A DNA stretch of 41,830 nt from Paramoeba atlantica (taxonomy: Eukaryota; Protista; Discosea), in NCBI GenBank assembly GCA_977017575.1, contig CDRNVI010000212.1, forward strand, positions 1 through 41,830, in the 5' to 3' direction. Positions 32,893 through 41,830 of the stretch are shown here, piece after piece. Under the pieces are notes generated by a model. That model was not told the DNA's origin. It worked only from the letters and a program-made list of their open reading frames with translations, and did no database searches. The stretch's first letter is position 1. Every line of letters starts with the position of its first letter. A program made the position numbers and the translations under genes.

Positions 32893-33252
32893 TCAGAACT
32901 GTTGCGAACAGCCCAAAATACATCCGTCGTAGCTGTCGAAGCAAGATGCATAACCCCAGTCCCCAGTACAATATCCTCCATTATAGAAAACTGGAGTGAA
33001 GAAATGAGCAGGACCAGAAGCACCTTTCGTTAATGTGTAAGACAAAATCAAAGTAGATCCACATTGTATTGGTTCAGAGAACTCATAGCACCCAAAATCC
33101 TCTGAGTCTGTGACAGAAACGTCGAATTTATCCTGAGCGTTTAATCCTTGCAAACACTCTGTGTCGTTGTCATATCGTATGCATGTAAAACTCATTGGAA
33201 CCGCCACAGAACAAGCACAAAATAAGACGAGGGAAAAGAAAAAGACTTTCAT
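32893..33252 (-). CDS. Small secreted Cys-rich protein of unknown function (119 aa, intronless)
   Basis: Signal peptide MKVFFFSLVLFCACSVA and 8 Cys in the predicted mature part; lies between PLAC8 copies A and B. Confidence 0.7.
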   Translation of the reverse strand: MKVFFFSLVLFCACSVAVPMSFTCIRYDNDTECLQGLNAQDKFDVSVTDSEDFGCYEFSEPIQCGSTLILSYTLTKGASGPAHFFTPVFYNGGYCTGDWGYASCFDSYDGCILGCSQQF

Positions 33253-33459
33253 GGCAAAACAACGTCAAAAGAGAGAAGAAGAAACAAAAAGAAAAGCCGT
33301 TTTTGAGGTGAGCCAGCGAGGCAACCAATATTTTCTTTATTTGGTAATAACAGGTTCGAATTTTTTTCGCAACGAAACAACAAACTTTTCTGTTTGTTTT
33401 CTCCAAACTTTAACAACAGCAGTGTGAAAATGATGGAATAGAGCGAGAGAGAGAGAGAG

Positions 33460-34128
33460 ATGGAAGAAGAAACAACAAACAAACGTGAACCTTGGCCAAC
33501 TGGACTCTTTGCTTGTTGTTCTGGTTCAATTTTTTTCTTTTTCTTTTTTCTTTCTTTTTCTTTGTGTTTTTGTGTTTTCATTTTTTTGGTGGCTCTTTTA
33601 AAAGGGGAGGGTGTGGATTGATGATGATGAAATATTTCACTTTCTTTTCACTTCAAAATTGATTCTTTTTTTTGTTTTGAAAAAGGAGGAATAAGTTTAT
33701 GTTTGTGGGCATTTCTCTGCCCCACTTGCTTGCTACTTCAAACACAGAATTACTCGCATGATCTGGAAGACAGCTCTTCTAAAAGACCATTGACAGAATC
33801 TCAATTTGAACGATATCCCCATTGGTCTTGTCGTGGTTTTGTTTGTTCTCATTTAGCTTCTCTTTTATTTTTTGGTTATTGTTGCTGTTTTTATGGGTTT
33901 ATAGTGGGGTGTCAGAGACATGAGAAATATTCTCCTCGTATCAATATGAAATATTATTGTTCAAGTCAACCTTGTTGTTGTTGTCGTAATGATTTCTTGA
34001 TTGAGGATTGTTTGATTGGTTATTTTTGTTGTTGTTGTTCTCTCATTCAAGTGACAATGGCAAATGCGGAACATTTTCGAATGCAATCCAAAGTTGAAGG
34101 TGATCTCAATATCAAACGTGCTCATTGA
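33460..34128 (+). CDS. PLAC8-family Cys-rich protein, copy B (2 exons)
   Basis: MEEETTNKREPWPTGLFACCS|GGISLCLWAFLCPTC...EDCLIGYFCCCCSLIQV, matching the PLAC8 W.TGL..CC, CPxC and DC...C..C.L.Q motifs. Confidence 0.85.
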
Positions 34129-34695
34129 AAAGAAAGAAAGGAATTAAGAAAGGAAGGCAACACCCTCTCCTCAAGAAAACAAAATCTGTCTCCTTCAAGG
34201 AATCAAACAAACAAAAGAACTTTCTTTAAAAAATCAAAAGAGGAATTGTGGTTTTTCTGTTTCTTTTGTTGTGTTTTTTGAGTTTGGTGTCTTTTGTATT
34301 GCGTGATCTCAATATCAAATGAGCTCACCACAGAAACCAAGAGTTCTTTTGGTGATTCCTCTGATAGATTTTAGAAACAATGTAATATTTTCCAAAACAC
34401 AATTGATTTTCAAAAAATTCGATAATGTGTCTGGTGAAAAAGAAAGAGAAAGAAGAAAAATGGAATTATTAATTCAATAAATAACAAATGAAATTTTTTA
34501 AAAAAAGTTACTCAGAAGATATTTACTTGCAAATGAGAAGAAATATTAGATTATTCTTTTAAAATAATAATAATTACTAAAAAAGAAATAATAACCAAAA
34601 CTTGACTTGATCTGCCTAATCAGAATCTGGGCTGCCTCTATTTTTCCATCAGTAATGCCTCCTATCTTCCCACCAATCCTTCTCTTTCTTTCTTT

Positions 34696-35370
34696 TTAAT
34701 GAGCACGTTTGATATTGACATTCCCTTCAACTTTGGATTGCATTCGAAAAAGTTCATCCGTTGCCATTGTCACTTGAATGATCGAACAACAACAACAAAA
34801 CTGACCAATCAAACAATCTTCAATCGAGAGATCATCACAGCAACTACAACAACAACAAGGTTGACTTGAACAATAATACTCAAAATTGACATAAGGAGAA
34901 TATTTCTCATGTCTACGACCCCCCACTAGTAACCCAAAAAGACAACAACAACAACTGCAAATTACAGCCCAGATGAAATTAGAACGGTCAATACCACGAC
35001 AAGACCAAGGAGGATATCGTTCAAATTGAGATTCTGTCATTGGATCTTCAGAAGAGCGGGCTTCCAGATCGTCTGAGTAAGTCCATCCTTGACTTTGCAA
35101 GCAAAGAGGGCAGAGAAATCCCCACAAACATAAACTTGCTCCTCCTTTTTTCAAAACAAAAAAGAATGAATTGATTTTGAATTGAAAAGAAAGTGAAATA
35201 TTTTTGATCACCTCAACCCCCACCCCCCCCTTCTTTTCAAAATAATAAAAACACAAAAACACATTGAAAAATAAAAGAAAGAAAAGAAGAAAAAGAAAAG
35301 AATTTGAACCAGAACAACAATCAAAGAGTCCAGTTGGCCAATGATCACGTTTGTTTGTTGTTTCTTCCAT
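34696..35370 (-). CDS. PLAC8-family Cys-rich protein, copy C (2 exons)
   Basis: MEETTNKRDHWPTGLFDCCS|GGASLCLWGFLCPLC...NIKRAH*. Confidence 0.85.
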   Translation of the reverse strand: MEETTNKRDHWPTGLFDCCSGSNSFLFLLFFLLFFNVFLCFYYFEKKGGVGVEVIKNISLSFQFKINSFFFVLKKGGASLCLWGFLCPLCLQSQGWTYSDDLEARSSEDPMTESQFERYPPWSCRGIDRSNFIWAVICSCCCCLFGLLVGGRRHEKYSPYVNFEYYCSSQPCCCCSCCDDLSIEDCLIGQFCCCCSIIQVTMATDELFRMQSKVEGNVNIKRAH

Positions 35371-35677
35371 CCCTCTCTCTCTCTCTTTGGTGGTTCGTTC
35401 AAAAGACAATAACAAAAAAAAAAACAAGAAACCCAAAAAATTGGTGTTCAGAAGAGAAGAAAGACAACAACAAAAAGATGAAAACTGTGACAGAACACCT
35501 TTTTAATTTCTTTCTCTTTCTTCTCTTTCTTCCCTGAATTGTCTTCTCTGAATTATTTTCTTTCTTTTTCCCTTTCTTTTTTTTTCTTTTCTTCTTTTCT
35601 CTTTCAAGAGAAAAGAAAATCATACTTTACTCTTCAATTGTGGAACAAACACCACCAAAAGAGAGAGAGAGAGAGGG

Positions 35678-36314
35678 ATGGAAGAAACAACAAACAAACT
35701 TCCCCCTTGGCCAACTGGGCCCTTTGATTGTTGTTCTGGTTTTCAATTCTTTTTTTTGTGTGTTTTTGTGTTTTCATTATTTTGAAAGAAAGGGGAGGTT
35801 GTGTGGTTGAGGATGATCAAAATATTTCACTTTTCTTTCCACTTCAAAATTAATTCTTTTTGTTTTGAAAAAAGGAGGAATAAGTTTATGTTTGTGGGCA
35901 TTTCTCTGCCCAACTTGCTTGGAACTTCAAACCTGGGGTTACTCAAACGATCTGGAAGACAGCTCTTCTGTACTATTGAGAGAATCTCAACTTGAACGAT
36001 ATCCTCCTTGGTCTTGTCGTGGTTTTGTTTGTTCTAATTTCGCTTCTGTTTTCTTTTTTGGTTATTGTTGCTGTCTTTATGGGGTTTTTTTGGGGGGAGA
36101 AAGACATCAGAACTATCCTGATTATGTCAATTTTGAGTATTATTGTTCAAATCGACGTTGTTGCTGTTGTTTTGATAGTATCTCGATTGAGGATTGGTTG
36201 ATTGGTTGTTTTTGTTGTTGTTGTTCGATGATTCAAGTAACAATGGCAAATGATGAACGTTTTCGAATGAAATCCAAAGTTGAAGGTGATCTCAATATCA
36301 AACGTGCTCTTTGA
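35678..36314 (+). CDS. PLAC8-family Cys-rich protein, copy D (2 exons)
   Basis: MEETTNKLPPWPTGPFDCCS|GGISLCLWAFLCPTC...NIKRAL*. Confidence 0.85.
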
Positions 36315-37254
36315 AAAGAAAGAAAGAAAGTATTGACGGAAGAGTGAGGCATTGGGAATGGAAAAATAGAGCCAGTCTAGATTTTGAATAGACAGATCAA
36401 GCCAAGTTTTGGTTATTATTTCTTTTTTAATTCGTATGTTATTCTTTCGAAAGAATTTAAATCTATTCCCTCCATATTGTTCAATTTGATTCACCAACAA
36501 AAAAAGAAATGATTTTTTCAGAGTGTAAAAACCATGGTTTTGAGAGTGAGTGATTTTGATCCTTTGAATTGTTCCTCTCTCTCTCTCTCTTTGAAACAGA
36601 ACAAGAAAATCTTCTTTGGGTGTTTTGGTTCTTCTTTCTTTTTTTTTTTTTTTTTTTTTTTAATTATTAATTTTTTATTGAATTAATAATTCCATTTTTC
36701 TTTCTCTTTCTTTTTCAACAGACACATTCTTATTTGTTTCATTTGAAAAAAAAAGAGTGAATAATCATTTCATTGTCTGTCAAGAAAGGAAGGAACACCC
36801 TCTCCTCAAGAAAACAAAATCTGTCTCCTTCAAGGCATCAAACAAAAGAACTTTTTCTTTAAAAAATCAAAAGAAGAATTGTGGTTTTCTGTTTCTTTTG
36901 TTGTGTTTTTTGAGTTTGATGTCTTTTGCATTGTGGAGAAGATGGTGAATATTTTATTGTTGAATTTTGTGGGAAGAGAAAAAGGATATTCTGGAAAGTA
37001 CAAACAAGTCATTTTTTAAATGTTTTCGTCATTTTTTTGTATCTGTGAAATGTTTGGATCTTAAACACCACAGAGACCAAGATTTCTTTTGTTGATTCCT
37101 CTGACACATTTTACAAAGAAAGTAATTTGTGAAAAACAACAACTCCCCCCAACACAATGAAATGGTTTTTCAAAACAAAAAAAGATAATTCTTTGATAAT
37201 CACCAGTAAAACCTCAAGATTTCACCCCCTAAACCAAAGTCCGTCTCCCTCAGG

Positions 37255-37327
37255 AAACAATGGCAAATGATGAATGTTTTCGGAATGAAATCCAAAGTTG
37301 AAGGTGATCTCAATATCAAACGAGCTC
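37255..37327 (+). pseudogene. Orphan 3' fragment of a PLAC8 copy
   Basis: AACAATGGCAAATGATGAATGTTTTCGGAATGAAATCCAAAGTTGAAGGTGATCTCAATATCAAACGAGCTC matches the last ~24 codons of copy D with a 1-bp insertion; a shorter remnant lies at ~34303-34327. Confidence 0.8.
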
Positions 37328-37696
37328 ACCACAGAAACCAATAGTTCTTTTGGTGATTCTTCTGATAGATTTTAGAAACAATGTAATATTTTCCAAAACA
37401 CAATTGATTTTCAAAAAATTCGATAATGTGTCTGTTGAAAAAGAAAGAGAAAGAAGAAAAATGGAATTATTAATTCAATAAATAACAAATAAATTTTTTT
37501 AAAAAAAGTTACTCATAAGATATTTACTTGCAAATGAGAAGAAATATTAGATTATTATTTTGAAATAATAATAATTACTAAAAAAGAAATAATAACCAAA
37601 ACTTGACTTGATCTGCCTAATCAGAATCTGGGCTGCCTCTATTTTTCCATCAGTAATGCCTCATATCTTCCCACCAATACTTCTCTTTCTTTCTTT

Positions 37697-38367
37697 TTAA
37701 TGAGCACATTTGATATTGACATTCCCTTCAACTTTGGATTGCATTCGAAAATGTTCATCAATTTCCATTGTTATTTGAATGATTGAACAACAACAACAAA
37801 AATGACCAATCAAACAATCTTCAATCGAGATATCATTCCCACAGCAACTACAACAACAACAAGGTTGACTTGAACAATAATACTCAAAATTGACACGAGG
37901 AGAATATTTCTCATGTCTATCACACCCCACTAGTAACCCAAAAAGACAACAACAATAACTGAGGAATAAACTCCAGATGAAATGAGAACGGTCAATACCA
38001 CGACAAGACCAAGGAGGATATCGTTCAAATTGAGATTCTGTCAATGGATCTTCAGAAGAGCGGGGTTTCAGATTGTCTGAGTAAGTCCATCCTTGACTTT
38101 GCAAGCAAAGAGGGCAGAGAAATCCCCACAAACATAAACTTGCTCCTCCTTTTTTCAAAACAAATAAAAGGAATTAATTTTAGAGAGAAAAGAAAATCAA
38201 ATATATCACTCACTCAATTACACCCTCCCCCCTTTTTCTTTGAAATGAACGAAGAAGACACAAACGAAAACACAAAACAAAAAGCACAAAAGAAAAGAAT
38301 TTGAACCAGAACAACAATTAAAAAGGTGCGTTGGCCAAGGTTCAAGTTTGTTTGTTGTTTCTTCCAT
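37697..38367 (-). CDS. PLAC8-family Cys-rich protein, copy E (2 exons, chimeric)
   Basis: MEETTNKLEPWPTHLFNCCS|GGASLCLWGFLCPLC...NIKCAH*. Confidence 0.83.
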
Positions 38368-38678
38368 CAAAATGGAGGATTGGGAGGAGACTCCTGTGAT
38401 GGAAAGAGGGAAAGGGAGAGGGAAACCAAGGAAAAGAAAAAGAAAAACTCAAGAAAAAAAAAAGAAAGGGAAAAAAAAAGAAAGAGAAAGAGAAAGAAAA
38501 GAATTCAGAGAAGACAATTCATGGGGAAGAGAGGAGAATCAAAACGGTGTTCTGTCACAGTTTTCATCTTTTTGTTGTTCTCTTTCTTCTCTTCAGTTGA
38601 ACACCAATTTTTTGGGTTTCTTGTTTTTTTTTTGTTATTGTCTTTTGAACAAACCACCAAAGAGAGAGAGAGAGAGAG

Positions 38679-39383
38679 ATGGAAGAAACAACAAACAAAC
38701 TTGAACCTTGGCCAACTGGACTCTTTGATTGTTGTTCTGGTTCAAATTCTTTTCTTTTTCTTCTTTTCTTTCTTTTTTTTTTCAATGTGTTTTTGTGTTT
38801 TTATTATTTTGAAAGAAGAAGGGGAGGAAGGGGTGTGATGGTTGATAAAATCAAAAACATTTCACTCTTTCTTTTCACTCCAAAATTCACTTTTTTTTGT
38901 TTTGAAAAAGGAGGAGCAAGTTTATGTTTGTGGGGATTTCTCTGTCCTCTTTGCTTGCAAAGTCAAGGATGGACTTACTCAGACAATCTGTCATACAGGT
39001 CTTCTAAAAATCCAATGACAGAATCTCAATTTGAACGATATCCTCCTTGGTCTTGTCGTGGTATTGTTTGTTCTCGTTTCAGTGATCTTGACCGTTCTAA
39101 TTTCATCTGGGCTGTAATTTGCAGTTATTGTTGTTGTCTTTTTGGGTTTGCAGTGGGGTGTGGTAGACATGAGAAATATTCTCCTCGTGTCAATTTTGAG
39201 TATTATTGTTCAAGTCAACCTTGTTGTTGTCGTAGTTGCTGTGATGATCTCTCAATTGAAGATTGTTTGATTGGTTATTTTTGTTGTTGTTGTTCGATCA
39301 TTCAAGTAACAATGGCAATGGATGAACATTTTCGAATGCAATTCAAAGTTGAAGGGAATATCAATATCAAACGTGCTCATTAA
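38679..39383 (+). CDS. PLAC8-family Cys-rich protein, copy F (2 exons)
   Basis: MEETTNKLEPWPTGLFDCCS|GGASLCLWGFLCPLC...NIKRAH*. Confidence 0.85.
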   Translation: MEETTNKLEPWPTGLFDCCSGSNSFLFLLFFLFFFNVFLCFYYFERRRGGRGVMVDKIKNISLFLFTPKFTFFCFEKGGASLCLWGFLCPLCLQSQGWTYSDNLSYRSSKNPMTESQFERYPPWSCRGIVCSRFSDLDRSNFIWAVICSYCCCLFGFAVGCGRHEKYSPRVNFEYYCSSQPCCCRSCCDDLSIEDCLIGYFCCCCSIIQVTMAMDEHFRMQFKVEGNINIKRAH

Positions 39384-40080
39384 AAAGAAAGAAAGAGAAG
39401 GATTGGTGGGAAGATCGGAGGTATTACTGATGGAAAAATAGAGGCAGCCCAGATTCTGATTAGGCAGATCAAGTCAAGTTTTGGTTATTATTTCTTTTTT
39501 AGTAATTATTATTTTTTCGAAATAATAATCTAATATTTCTTCTCATTTGCAAGTAAATATCTTATGAGTAACTTTTTTTTTAAAATTTTATTTGTTATTT
39601 ATTGAATTAATAATTCCATTTTTCTTCTTTCTCTTTCTTTTTCAACAGACACATTCTTAATTGTTTCATTTGAAAAAAAAAGAGTGTTATGAAAAACCAT
39701 TTCATTGTCTGGTGGAGTTGTTGTTTTTTTACAAATTTGTAAAATGTGTCAGAGGAATCAACAAAAGAAATCTTGGTTTCTGTGGTGTTTAAGATCCAAA
39801 CATTTCACAGATACAAAAAAATCAAAAGAAAACATTTAAAACATTTAAAATTAAAAAATGACTTGTTTTTTACTCTCTACAATATATTCCTTCTTTCTTT
39901 TTCTTCCCACAAAATTCAACAATAAAATACCAGCCATCTTCTTCACAATGCAAAAGACACCAAACTCAAAAAACACAACAAAAGAAACAGAACTTTATTT
40001 GATTGATTCCTTGAAGGAGACAGATTTTGTTTTCTTAAGGAGAGGGTGTTGCCTTCCTTTCTTAATTCCTATCTTTCTTT

Positions 40081-40731
40081 TCAAAGAGCACGTTTGATAT
40101 TGAGATCACCTTCAACTTGAGATCGCATTCGAAAATGTTCCTCATTTGCCATTGTTACTTGAATAACCGAACAACAACAACAAAAATGACCAATCAAACA
40201 ATCCTCAATTGAGAAATCATCACAACAACAAGGTTGACTTGAACAATAATATTTCAAATTGACACGTTGAGAATATTTCTCACGTCTGTGACACCCCACT
40301 AGAAACCCAAAAAGACAACAACAACAACCGTAAAATAAAGTCCAGAAGAAAGTAGAACGGTCAAGACCACGACAAGACCAAGGAGGTAATCGTTCAAGTT
40401 GAGATTCTGTCAATCCACTTTCAACGTACAGAGCACGTGAGTAGCTCCATCCTTGATGAAACAAGCAAGTGGGGCAGAGAAATCCCCACAAACATAAACT
40501 TATTCCTCCTTTTTTCAAAACAAAAAAAAAAGAAATGAATTTTGAAGTGAAAAGAAAAGTGTAATATTTTGATCATCAATCAATCACACCCTCCCCCTTT
40601 TTCTTTGAAATGAACGAAGAAGACACAAACGAAAACACAAAAACAAAAAGCACAAAAGAACAATTCGAACCAGAACAACAATCAAAGAGTCCAGTTGGCC
40701 ATGGATTAGGTTTGTTTGTTGTTTCTTCCAT
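40081..40731 (-). CDS. PLAC8-family Cys-rich protein, copy G (2 exons)
   Basis: MEETTNKPNPWPTGLFDCCS|GGISLCLWGFLCPTC...NIKRAL*. Confidence 0.85.
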
Positions 40732-40904
40732 CAAAACGGAGGATTGGGGGGAGATTCATGTGATGAAAAGAGAGAAAGGGAAAAGAAAGGGAAAAGAAAG
40801 GGAAAGGGAAACCAATTTCAGAAAAGGAGAGGGAATTTGAAAGCAACAAAAAGCTGAAAACTGCGGTAAAACTGCGACCTTTTTATTTCTCTTTTCCTTT
40901 TTGC

Positions 40905-41830
40905 AACTATTTATTTCAATATTTCGGTTCGTGGTCTTCCACAGACTCACGTAGGAAAATGGGGGTGGAGGAGGGACCCCCCATCGTTTTACTCCTCGCT
41001 TAGGGCGGTTTTTGCGTCTCGATAGATTCCTTGGGGTTATACTTTCTTTTCTTTTTCTTGGTTCTTTGGGTTGATGTCCAGTCGAAAATACTTTCTCGTA
41101 GGCCGATCGGGTGTGAGCTTCTGACTTTGGTCCTCGTGGTCTCGTGTTTCGCTGATTCATGTGGGGTGCTGTGTTGGGGCCTGGGGCTTCTCTTCTTTCG
41201 ATCTCTTTTCCTCGCTCTTCTAACTACGCTGGGTTGGGACTGTGCTTTTCTTTTTCTTATTTGGGGGTTTGGTGTTTGTGTATTCAGTGATGCTTGGGGT
41301 TGTTTGCTCTGATCTAAAGGTACTAGTTTTGGTCTTATTATTATTTTGATCTTGTTTGTTCCTGTCTGTTCAAACCGTACTGCTCTTTTACGTTGTGGGG
41401 TTGTTATTGGCTCGTTTTGGGGGTTTTGTTGGGCATATGTCGTTGTTACATGTTGGGTGGACTGTTGTTTTGCTTTTCGGATTTCTTTGTTTCTTTGTCT
41501 TTCCTCAAATTTATAGTGGGGTTCATAAAGCGCTGATTCTTTGATTATTTGGACATCTTTTTGGTGTTGGACTTCTTTTAATTGGTAGTGCATTTTTGTT
41601 TTATCATTAATTGTTATTTTCGTTGGTTTTAGGAGGGAATAGATTGGGTATGTTACGTATCTGCTGGGAAGGAGGATTTGGTGTGATCTGAAAATTAGTG
41701 TCTCTTGAATGTCTTTGTGGGATGGTTTGGATTTGTTCCCTGCTGGTCTAGATTGGTCTTCTGGGTGTCTTGCATAATGGTCACCTCTTTCTTTGTTGAT
41801 TCCAGCTGCGTGAGCTAGTTGGTCTGCCCT
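40905..41830 (-). mobile_element. Probable 3' end of an RNase H-containing non-LTR retrotransposon (runs off the window)
   Basis: ORF 41000..41593 extends without a stop to 41830 and begins RADQLAHAA, like the RNase H C-terminal N..AD.LA motif. It is intronless with an A/C-rich coding strand unlike host genes, has a ~90-bp 3' UTR ending in AAATATTGAAATAAATA, and replaces the continuation of the PLAC8 promoter spacer. Confidence 0.55.

Larger units (their letters stand above)
37425..39655. repeat. Large imperfect inverted repeat (arms ~37425-38367 and ~38679-39655) spanning copies E and F and their 3' flanks
   Basis: 39384-39655 is the near-exact reverse complement of 37425-37696 (for example GGCAGCCCAGATTCTGATTAGGCAGATCAAGTCAAG), and the same block lies direct at ~34425-34695. 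Confidence 0.85.

Noticed and set aside
36628-36662. Long poly-T run as the tail of a retroposed insert
   Set aside because: No target-site duplication or recognisable body was found, and homopolymer runs are common throughout this sequence.
37227-37235. Single CCCTAAACC near the orphan PLAC8 fragment junction, and TTAGGG at ~41000
   Set aside because: One repeat unit is expected by chance in 42 kb of this composition, unlike the two-unit motif exactly at the 2349 breakpoint.

Overview
This is the left end of a chromosome from an AT-rich, intron-rich eukaryote, probably a protist; the species cannot be identified from the sequence. A plant-type telomere (CCCTAAA)n at 1-713 is fused directly to a fragment of an Nse4-like (SMC5/6 kleisin) exon. 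Next come a ~190-bp AT-rich satellite and a two-unit internal telomere motif that abuts the break point of a 3'-truncated Ty1/copia element (2349-7585, minus strand). That element's primer-binding site matches the anticodon arm of tRNA-Lys(CUU), i.e. half-tRNA priming, and it sits next to or inside a second gag-bearing relic. Both elements keep long reading frames broken mainly by in-frame TGA codons, and a nearly CpG-free block ends sharply at ~11060, pointing to methylation-driven C>T decay of the subtelomere. A compact run of spliced host genes follows: Myb/SANT-like, DUF1399/GRDP with a start-codon-containing tandem repeat, an MRS2/CorA channel with GTN in place of GMN, a DUF6259 putative glycosidase, METTL9, a stand-alone BPL_N protein, DUF2985, a synapsin-like ATP-grasp protein and three small secreted or GPI-type Cys-rich proteins (one absent from the ORF track). 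From 32.2 to 40.7 kb, seven PLAC8-family paralogues alternate strictly in orientation, with flipped promoter spacers and chimeric copies. The probable 3' end of an RNase H-bearing non-LTR retrotransposon closes the window. All family assignments are from motif recognition by eye, and all exon structures were traced by hand; no searches were run.
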